DNA of 32,000 nucleotides from Nitrosopumilus maritimus SCM1. GTDB lineage: Archaea; Thermoproteota; Nitrososphaeria; Nitrososphaerales; Nitrosopumilaceae. The stretch spans positions 930,001 to 962,000 of the forward strand of contig NC_010085.1 in assembly GCF_000018465.1 (NCBI RefSeq), given 5' to 3'. Under the pieces are notes generated by a model. It was not told where the DNA came from, searched no databases, and saw only the letters and a program-made list of their open reading frames with translations. Every line of letters begins with the position of its first letter. Position 1 is the stretch's first letter. Positions 27,901 through 32,000 of the stretch are shown one piece after another. The position numbers were made by a program, and so were the translations under genes.

Positions 27901-30900
27901 TGATACTTGTCTGTCACCAAATTCTGCTCCAACTTGTAGAGGTTTGCTTGGAGTGGTTGCAGGCTTTGCTTGTAAGACATTAGAGGCTTCACTTTCACCA
28001 ACAGAGTTTTCAGCAATAACTCTGAATTCATAGGTCTGTCCATTAGTCAAACCAGAATCTACATTAATTTCAGTTGGGGATAATGAAATTTCGTCATCAA
28101 AGGTAGTCCAATCACTAGCACCTAGTAATCTGAATTGAGCAATGTAATTTTCTAGTGGAGTTCCACCATTATCAGATGGAGCAGTCCATTGTAAGGTTAC
28201 AAGTTCGTTTCCACGTATTGCAGCATCAAGTACAGGTGCAGATGGATAGTCAAATGTTGTAGCATCATCTGTGTCTGATGGGTCACCAGTTCCAAGTACG
28301 TTAACTGCAGATACTCTGTATGTGTATGTGGTTCCAAGAGATAGTCCGGTGTCAGTAAATGTAGTGTCACTAGCAGTTGGTGATTCAGGTACAGGTATGG
28401 TTGTTGTAGTTACTTCTGCAAATGCACCATCAGTACCTAGTCTCTCAATGAGATAACCAGATACTGCACGTCCGCCATCATCAGATGGAGCTTGCCAGAC
28501 TAGTTGGATTTCAGTACCAGAAAGGGTTGTTGCGACTAGATCAGTTGGAATGCCAGGTACGGTTCCAGGAGTTCCAGTTACTGGGTCAGATGGGTCACTT
28601 GAATCTGGAATTTGTGGATCATCATCTTCATTATGAGCAATGACTCTAAATTGGTAATCTACACCGTTTTCTAGACTAGATACTGTTGCATCTGTTGGCA
28701 AGACACCGGAAACAGGAACAATTTCTTGTGTAGAGATAGTGGTAAAGTTGTCATCAGAATATTGTACTGTGTATCCTACAATGTCATCGCCACCATTATC
28801 TGCTGGTGCCAACCATGAAATTGAGACAAACTCATCACCAATGTTGGTTACTCTAAGGTCTCTAGGCACACTAGGTGCAGAGGAAGGTTCTGCAGAAAGA
28901 ACATTAGATGGAAGACTTTGTCCTGGAACAGTGTTCTTGGCAAATACTCTAAACTCGTAAGTTACACCATTTGTTAGATCATCAATAGTAATGCTGGTCA
29001 AAACGTTAACACCGCCATTACCTTCATCAAAGGTTGTCCAGTTAGATTCTGCATCATTGGTTGCATCTAATTCTCTGAATTGAATCAGATAATCGATTAA
29101 TGCATCACCGCCAGTATTTTCAGATGGAGTCCATCCAAGTAGTACAGATTCATCTCCTGGTGTTGCAGTGTCAAGTGTTGGGGCAGCAGGTACAGTTGCA
29201 GGAGTTGCAGTTGCAATATCAGATAATGCACCTTCACCTGCAGCATTAACTGCCTTTACTCTAAATGAGTACAATGTGCCATTGTCTAATCCAGAAATAA
29301 CAGTAGTTATTGGATCATCAGATGGTGTAACAGTTTGGGATTCTGGATCAGTAGCAAAGCTGTCAGAGGAATACTCTACTACATATGAAGTGATTAGTGA
29401 GCCGCCGTTAAAGTCTGGTTTGTTCCATTGTAGTGTAACTTCGCCATTACCGCGAGTTGCTTCCAAGTCAGTTGGAGCGTTTGGTGTTGTAAATGGAACA
29501 GCATCAAGTGTGTTTGAGAATGGTCCAAATGATGCAATGCTGTTTGCTCTAACCTTGAATGAATATGTACGGGCATTTTCAAGATCTTCTACTGGATAAG
29601 ATATTGGTCCGGTTTCTTGTGTTGCAACGACAATAATATTGTCAATGTCATTTTCGAATCCATCAATAGAGTAATGTAGTTCATACTCTGTAACTGGTGC
29701 ACCATTTGTAGCTGCAAGATTCCATGTTACTGTGACTGTTTCATCACTGCCAACAGCAGTTAGTATCTCTGGGGCAGCAGGAGGTGCAGCAGGTGTTGCT
29801 TCTTTAACTTCTGATGGGTCACTGTTACCAACATCATTGTGAGCCTTTACTCTAAACTCGTAAATTTGTCCGTTTGTAAGACCGGTTACTGTAGCTCCAG
29901 GAACATCACTTACTCCATCATTAAATACTTGCCAATCAGATTCACTCTTTAGTTTGAATTCTACAATGTAATCATCAATGTCAGAACCGCCATCATCAGA
30001 GGATGCAGTCCATCCAAGGGATACTTGAGTACTACCAAATGTTGGAATTAAGTTAGTTGGTGGGGTTGGAACAGTTGCAGGAGTTACAGATATTGTAGTA
30101 GATACAGGTCCATCATCAATATCGTTTTGTGCATATACTCTAAATTCATAGGTCACACCATTCTCCAAGTTACCAATTACGGCGTTAGTTACTGGTGGAA
30201 GTCCAGTTACTGTTTGAGTAAGAGTATTTGCAAATCCATCTTTAGAGTATTCAATTACATAAGTATCAATGGTTACACCACCATCAAATGGTTCAGACCA
30301 AGATAGTGAGACTTCACCATTACCTCGTTGTCCACTAAGACCAGTAACTTGACTTGGGCCATCAACTGGTGTTGCAGTTATTGGTGCAGATGGGTCACCA
30401 AATCCAACTTCGTTTTCAGCAGATATTCTAAATTGATATTCTACACCGTTTTCCAAGTCTTCAATGTCAACTACAGTTGTTGGGTGAGTGACAAACTCTG
30501 ATTGGTATTGACCTTCTACAAATGAATTAGCAGAAGTATAATCAATTCTGTATCGCTCTATTGGTTCACCGCCAGTATTACCTGGAGTCCATGATAATCC
30601 AACAGTACCAGCAGAAGGTTGTGGGTCATCAAATGTTGGGGCATCTGGAACAGTAGCTGGTTTTGCAGTATCAGTGTTTGATGGGCCACTAGGTCCGGCA
30701 GTGTTTACAGCAATAACACGGAATGTGTAGGTTACGCCATTTTGAAGACCGTTAATTATAGTATTAGTTGGTACAGGTAATGTTTCACTTGTTACGGTTT
30801 GTGATGATGGGTTTGCACCAAAGTCACCATTTGCATCATCAGTGTATTCAACAATGTATGATGTAACTGGAACACCGCCAGTAACAGCTGGTGCGGCCCA

Positions 30901-32000
30901 TGTTAAGGATACTTGAGTATTACCACGAGTTGCAACTAGATCAGTAGGATTACCAGATAATGCAGCAGGTGTTTCTGCCACTGGAACTGATTCATCACCA
31001 GGACCCACTCCGTTTACTGCAACTGCACGGAAGAGGTATTCTTGCCCATTGTTAAGACCAGTAACGGTAATCTCAGGAGTAGTTGATTCGGTTTGATCAT
31101 TAAACTCAAACCAGTTATCTCCGTTGTCAACACTGTATTCAATATAATAGTCAATAATGTCAGAACCACCATCCTCTACTGGAGGAGTAAATCCAATTGT
31201 AACTTGTCCATCTCCAAGTGTTGCAACTAGATCAGTTGGAGCATCAGGTGCTCTAGCTGGAGTTGCAGAGTCAACATCAGATGGTTCACCAAAGTCTACG
31301 CTGTTAGTAGCAGTTACTCTAAAGTAGTAAGTGTCACCATTGTTCAAGTTATTAATTGTTGCAGATAATGGAGATGCTGCAACATCAACAGATGATGTGA
31401 AGACACCATTGTTTGCATCAGTTTCATTAGTAGTGTATTCAATTCTATAACCAGTGATTGGAGTACCACCATTTGTTGGCTCAGACCATTCAACTTCCAC
31501 TTGAGCATTACCAGGAGTTAAGCTGATAATTTCTGTCTTGCCAGGTACATCAAATGTTGTGGCTTCTGCAGTAGAGGATGTGTCTCCTACTCCTGCATCA
31601 GTAATAGCAGCAACTCTGTAAGTGTATGATGTTCCTCTATCCAAGCCAGTGTCAGAGTATGTAGTATCAGCGCTTCCGGTGTCTGCCACAATTATTGTAA
31701 AGTCAGCCTCGCCTTCTGCTTGTCTTTCAATTTGGTATCCATCAATTGAAGCACCGCCTGTAAGTAATGGTGCATTCCATTCAAGATCAATTTCAGTGTC
31801 AGATATTGCTTCAGCATCTAGTCCAGTTGGGGCATCAGATAATGTTGCAGGTCTAGCAGTTGCTACATTAGATGTAGGACCAACATCTACTGCGTTTTCA
31901 GCAGAGACTCTAAACTCGTAAGTTAATCCGTTTGTAAGACCAGTTACAGTTACAAAGAGATTAGTGTTAACACCACCAACACCTTCATCAAATACTTGCC
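15910..32000 (-). CDS. giant fibronectin type III repeat protein, probably extracellular/cell surface (partial; 5' end beyond the window)
   Basis: Stop (TAA) at 15910-15912 read on the minus strand (...DDKQISATSFRK*); frame stays open through 31689 (an internal GTG) to the window edge with recognisable FN3 sequence (...FVTVTGLTNGLTYEFRVSAENAVDVGPTS...DAPTGLDAEAISDTEIDLEWNAPLLTGG...); track strand '+' is wrong. Confidence 0.93.
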   Translation of the reverse strand, partial: QVFDEGVGGVNTNLFVTVTGLTNGLTYEFRVSAENAVDVGPTSNVATARPATLSDAPTGLDAEAISDTEIDLEWNAPLLTGGASIDGYQIERQAEGEADFTIIVADTGSADTTYSDTGLDRGTSYTYRVAAITDAGVGDTSSTAEATTFDVPGKTEIISLTPGNAQVEVEWSEPTNGGTPITGYRIEYTTNETDANNGVFTSSVDVAASPLSATINNLNNGDTYYFRVTATNSVDFGEPSDVDSATPARAPDAPTDLVATLGDGQVTIGFTPPVEDGGSDIIDYYIEYSVDNGDNWFEFNDQTESTTPEITVTGLNNGQEYLFRAVAVNGVGPGDESVPVAETPAALSGNPTDLVATRGNTQVSLTWAAPAVTGGVPVTSYIVEYTDDANGDFGANPSSQTVTSETLPVPTNTIINGLQNGVTYTFRVIAVNTAGPSGPSNTDTAKPATVPDAPTFDDPQPSAGTVGLSWTPGNTGGEPIERYRIDYTSANSFVEGQYQSEFVTHPTTVVDIEDLENGVEYQFRISAENEVGFGDPSAPITATPVDGPSQVTGLSGQRGNGEVSLSWSEPFDGGVTIDTYVIEYSKDGFANTLTQTVTGLPPVTNAVIGNLENGVTYEFRVYAQNDIDDGPVSTTISVTPATVPTPPTNLIPTFGSTQVSLGWTASSDDGGSDIDDYIVEFKLKSESDWQVFNDGVSDVPGATVTGLTNGQIYEFRVKAHNDVGNSDPSEVKEATPAAPPAAPEILTAVGSDETVTVTWNLAATNGAPVTEYELHYSIDGFENDIDNIIVVATQETGPISYPVEDLENARTYSFKVRANSIASFGPFSNTLDAVPFTTPNAPTDLEATRGNGEVTLQWNKPDFNGGSLITSYVVEYSSDSFATDPESQTVTPSDDPITTVISGLDNGTLYSFRVKAVNAAGEGALSDIATATPATVPAAPTLDTATPGDESVLLGWTPSENTGGDALIDYLIQFRELDATNDAESNWTTFDEGNGGVNVLTSITIDDLTNGVTYEFRVFAKNTVPGQSLPSNVLSAEPSSAPSVPRDLRVTNIGDEFVSISWLAPADNGGDDIVGYTVQYSDDNFTTISTQEIVPVSGVLPTDATVSSLENGVDYQFRVIAHNEDDDPQIPDSSDPSDPVTGTPGTVPGIPTDLVATTLSGTEIQLVWQAPSDDGGRAVSGYLIERLGTDGAFAEVTTTTIPVPESPTASDTTFTDTGLSLGTTYTYRVSAVNVLGTGDPSDTDDATTFDYPSAPVLDAAIRGNELVTLQWTAPSDNGGTPLENYIAQFRLLGASDWTTFDDEISLSPTEINVDSGLTNGQTYEFRVIAENSVGESEASNVLQAKPATTPSKPLQVGAEFGDRQVSLTWLEPEISGGEDIFDYILEFRLASQTPEASWQTFDEGLGGVNTNLSAIITGLTNGQTYEFRVSAENDVGVGDVSDVATATPATASNAPTALSATAISGTEITLSWIAPQNTGGFAITGYLIERHDGDGNFDDVTTLSVSLPPLPTDTTFTDTGLSQGTTYTYRVSAVTQLGPGIASGTDSDTTFDVPDKPEITSADRGNTQVDLSWTEPANNGAAITAYLVQYSDDGTFDNTTPSVTLATADLTELSTTIDGLENGEEYSFRIIAINSVGQSDPSDIVTATPATFPDAPTITSATFGDGQVTLTWTGPTEDGGSDVLDYTITITSSLGTDTLVVPNTPFTRLIDGLDNGVSYTFTISARNDVGSGPDSAPETVIPAAKPDVPTDLEAEAISGTEIDLTWLAPVNTGGLGITGYLIERHDGDGNFATVTTTSVSVPPSTDDTTFNDTGLELGTTYTYRISAITGAGTGSSSQPASDTTFNVPDKPTITEVNVGNNELEIVWTAPTDNGGSPVTSYTVEYKLTTDNTWQLSPVPPADGALDVTVIGLENGEEYEFRVYAISTVGTSLPSDVATGIPATTPSAPLNVVATRGDTEVSLTWDLPADDGGSAIRDYLVEYASAELNLIYTPFVEPEESTDRFTTVTGLTNGVEYTFRVQAVNEIAAGDYSAVTADSAAVPAGDPSTPVISTVIADDELVNLTWLASDANGGNNLVYRIETSTDGFTTLIEDPAPTTSNLVYNVDDLQNGQEYSFRITAITDAGSSDPTAPVTATPFALPDAPVLDGSRGNTEVTLTWTQGDTGGFAIQEFVIEYTADEFTSDTPIVRTNDDDDDDDDDDDDDGNGNSSVTSITVSADAVSHTIEGLANGVAYDFRIFAKTSIGYSASSNVVTFTPATIPGAPTPLSAQFGNALVTLTFSIPSDNGGESVDDFVIQYRLQSASEDTPFTTFADGSDTSTTVTVTDLTNGEVYDFRVIAVNEVGQSDPATASAKPATTPGAPDALQLDFANQLVSLEWAVPTDDGGDEIDDYIVEYSLDTSEWIVFPDNVTPANSTAVTVTDLINGFQYFFRISGVNIAGIGEPSEFRATTPATLPSAPRDLEATRDNTSVHLTWNVPEDLGGAPLSAYMVEYLPPGQSTWIKFGDDLPATQTSVTVDGLTNGDQYQFRITAKNTAITDFGPASDTVSATPATTPTAPRDLVVIAGNNQATLSWNVPESNGGDSITDYKIEIRIAGQDWDVYDDGVSTTTQGIVIPNLTNGVTYEFRVTAINSVNPGPASDVVPGKPATIPTPPKKLVVIPGDTKLDVTWTKPTNNGGSAITSYLVQYSTDGTFDASTPSVTVTDLTNLMVTISGLENDVPIHVQVTAINGVGSSGPAGPVIGVPSLGSSSPVGLFADAISDTEVFVSWSPPQELGDRTLEGFVLERLDANGNVLETFTINDPTKLDFTDTGLLPGTTYKYQVSALLSLEGADTVQSDPSSRTSVTTLDAPGAPLSPSATPGNAHVDLSWSAPNDGGSLITEYRIQYSTDGTFDETTPEISVFGTSTEPPQTSVDVTGLTNDQEYTFRVIAVTVIDTSLPSVTVTATPYTVPDAPSNLTANRGPGEAKLSWGVPNDNGRSITQYVVEYTDATDGIFTVANTLTATVSASETSTTITGLGIGNSFTFRVSAENLAGQGPPSDSAIATPATAPDAPTGLSATRGDPDVLAIWFNPPSDGGSPISHYVLEYTTSPFFVPPEIADFTSKTNVITESTSVELDDLENGLYYYFRVRAITTVGSSIPTDPVCLVNGGGSNSAANAGGACIPMFDRPVFQDTIIGTPFDAAAELRWNTPAADNGSPITGYQVQRQVVSGTSVVLEQFNQNQIIYGFDDLTMDDIDGLEDIDFDEFDFVDFDELGLTEEEINKLQGITSLVITGLENDKKYVFEIAPVNEAGPARSTNTVVVVPHAETDEEEDSIFVENPDIPDEETIQKQLGLGLQEGNFIPPSSSLVDADKFSFFDRTFNQNQVFNTNVTDAELDKPKDLAEKFGLTKYQVPKELKSGQIWAVPGAIIEVEGDETFEEIVLPDPPGTPTNLSYIGSDRRVDITWDESTGTVDRYLLEFSLNDGEEWLIVEEKDDNVPSFSKDGMVNGKVYLIRVSAANAGGISNSTSPIPVSAFTIPGKPFDLTTQFGDSQVTLLWSAPVNNGGEEITNYVIEYSSDNGANWNVFDDGTSADPTATVTGLTNGQEYKFRVSAENIAGVGLPSKTASDVPATQSSRPTGLSATPALDSITITWNAPEDIGGATEISGYVIERSISSGFFNPYVDDTGSALTSFVDTSLFSGTDYSYRIAAITLLPSGEPVVGDFSGEVSTTTLDLPDEPTSLQVFADRGQLTLTWIDPEDTSGLPVLGYEIERRSTGAEFTTIVENTDSDETIYTDSGLNDNTSYSYRVSTITAAGTSDPSQIVRGTTYGLPSAPLDLEADAKKKKVRLSWTAPVNDGGSPITDYKIEYKLATDTNWSVYADAERIKPQATVDSLTNSKIYQFRVSAVNEFGAGLTSSIVQAKPSVAGATAAYNIQEIPSGQDVFLPHNAEDTLENGGKLAGLKIKPKNTLSEIAMTSTFTKDAPTGVTQEAKMYLKFELDFVEDVETDASVPGQVTSVVATASAGKVELTWSAPDSDGGADISGYKIEQSTDNNTWTVLETTTCQCTDYTDNSLENGQTYYYRISAINAKGTGTASDVASATPLDVPGPPRNLQTTPGNAQVTLAWDIPSTDGGITADNGGSIITGYVVHYAIDTNFWKTFNEEPITERTVDVTGLTNGQNYKFRVFAVNEVGFLHPSLVSSEIPVTVPERPWGLTITAPSQNQINLSWKTPLDNGGSTITGYKIQKTIGKPTTNSVWSDAPSGTLGTVNSWSDTNLIPGTTYSYRVITLTDAVPDGDSNSASGAIFATTLSVPGAPRNLTLEAEGKKIVIDWVAPTSNGGTPIVNYLIQWSDNGGSKWNTLKRDASAVTSATVKSSNIVLGTEYQIRVYAENTIGPGPASSVKSVTPTTIPTAPRSLVTDPQDGQVVLSWSKPLSDGGSAITDYLVRYSEAGSGQFVTFADGVSTSTTATVTGLTNDVTYEFRVVAVNSVGNSPASTGKSVAVGEGNSSEEIHSFETIQLTILMGPVEGSAHPTIPENSATAATADPTDDIIAPDVQVYFIDDNNNTVFDGITVDRYPAGDTLTESAYIVTLEHFSTYGVNTVLSKFAVGSAGLATAGAAGGNAAAPPIITGASLYSFGSPSIDNEGKIVYQKTGNYVPFPEYSNSPVTTTLEAGKPSQIAARVFNYGGPEAVQHTGLYLNMFGEQYETEHSDTYIEWSKDHDGKEDVLVVDPHGLMSGVNVSTQIEDDLLWVLFDLTFEKELETSNININAWNNHRSIGEVVAYNALEVIDPAETTLDEEIKTSVVSDSSFYLVESTAQDCDEYCYLPFRVGISDNEITWTNTDPAVRTIISGDPVGGFDDNFKSVFIFEGSSYSAIIEDSGYYTTYDLLEEDYAGTVLVEVSGDPIVDARVYERPTMPTHHTARQIVSANSDGLLGADLSTNGFIKLFGTVEGVDTRQAVLIDITKPDGSIENIKTSSNNAGDFTMIYESGQLDDGNYVISFGTSSKSVATAFLRADAGKIIPTFTAQETVVESAETFARTLDPELILTNTDLSEYDDTLHIDGTVNSGYSSVKVSVEFPDETVQEFNVKLSSKGTYSLPLKQSEWPFGKYTVSVSDERTNFATETFELIDKEDVITFDGEPAKKVEEKYLIADVTTQVIELDSDYLETINEFTDESELGSLTVTRPDITKSSSMLEISGTVNLPGIQGELIELKLTLPNGDVDELRTTVTSTNQFQTILNDAWIPGEYHLEASFEGTEVVDLVFAIGLHSSESLISALDCPTDVCASISSDTIDDSKSAPIMIEVKGIFENIDSDETFDVVIIRPDNTPVELTTTLAGMDHLTQVFHAEEWMKGIYTVTVSYDDKQISATSFRK
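15913..17220 (-). repeat. four C-terminal Ig-like repeat modules of the giant protein
   Basis: IKLFGTVEG..VLIDITKPDG..; LHIDGTVNSG..VSVEFPDET..FGKYTVSVS; LEISGTVNLPG..LKLTLPNGD..PGEYHLEAS; IMIEVKGIFEN..VVIIRPDNT..KGIYTVTVS. Confidence 0.65.
17335..17590 (-). other. degenerate cupredoxin-like domain inside the giant protein
   Basis: DCDEYCYLPFRVGISDNEITWTNTDPAVRTIISGDPVGGFDDNFKSVFIFEGSSYSAIIEDSGYYTTYDLLEEDYAGTVLVEV. Confidence 0.6.
18555..32000 (-). repeat. tandem array of about 42 complete FN3 domains plus one partial at the window edge
   Basis: Recurring AP-x-LxATxGxxxVxLxWxxPxDxGGxxIxxYxVEYS...TxxTVTGLxNGxxYxFRVxAxNxxGxGxxS units, ~90-100 aa each. Confidence 0.9.
25387..25425 (-). repeat. 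poly-aspartate microsatellite (13 Asp codons)
   Basis: (GAT/GAC)n, largely a 12-nt GATGATGACGAC unit, in frame within an FN3 domain. Confidence 0.9.

Noticed and set aside
16037-31921. Dozens of plus-strand ORFs of 60-143 aa opposite the giant gene (e.g. 19859-20290, 20963-21340, 21908-22321, 29168-29599)
   Set aside because: They are antisense shadows of the repetitive FN3 coding sequence. Translations are low-complexity Ser/Thr/Val-rich text that recurs with the repeat period, and none resembles a known family.
18555-32000. Possible CRISPR array or transposon-derived repeats because of the periodic DNA
   Set aside because: Repeat units are ~300 bp, diverged, in frame and encode FN3 domains; there are no short identical repeats with unique spacers and no terminal inverted repeats.

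Overview
The window is from an AT-rich archaeal genome. Gene content and protein style suggest Thaumarchaeota/Nitrososphaerota, Nitrosopumilus-like; this is inference. The left 10 kb holds ordinary housekeeping genes: a TldD/PmbA-type protease, a family-4 uracil-DNA glycosylase overlapping an AAG-type 3-methyladenine glycosylase, a DedA/VTT membrane protein, a SpoIIM-like membrane protein, a class III nucleotide cyclase-like protein, an Opp/Dpp-type ABC ATPase and archaeal aspS. A tightly packed minus-strand branched-chain amino acid cluster (ilvB-ilvN-leuA-leuB) spans 10960-15730. More than half of the window (15910 to the right edge) is one uninterrupted minus-strand ORF. The supplied track labels it '+', but the bases show it is minus. 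It encodes a giant fibronectin type III repeat protein with about 42 complete FN3 units in the window, acidic inserts, a degenerate cupredoxin-like domain and four C-terminal Ig-like repeats, and its N-terminus lies outside the window. The most notable unlisted signal is upstream of ilvB: a TATA box placed so that a 17-codon ORF (MINPVAASSILLLEVLY, 8/17 Ile/Val/Leu) would be leaderless. That ORF contains an 8-bp hairpin and is followed by a 26-nt palindrome/U-rich element overlapping its stop codon, which resembles a leader-peptide attenuator for branched-chain amino acid synthesis. Other items include an in-frame C2H2 zinc-finger segment directly after a TAG stop (4013-4108) and small ORFs below the track's length cutoff. 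No CRISPR array, tRNA, rRNA or transposon was recognised.
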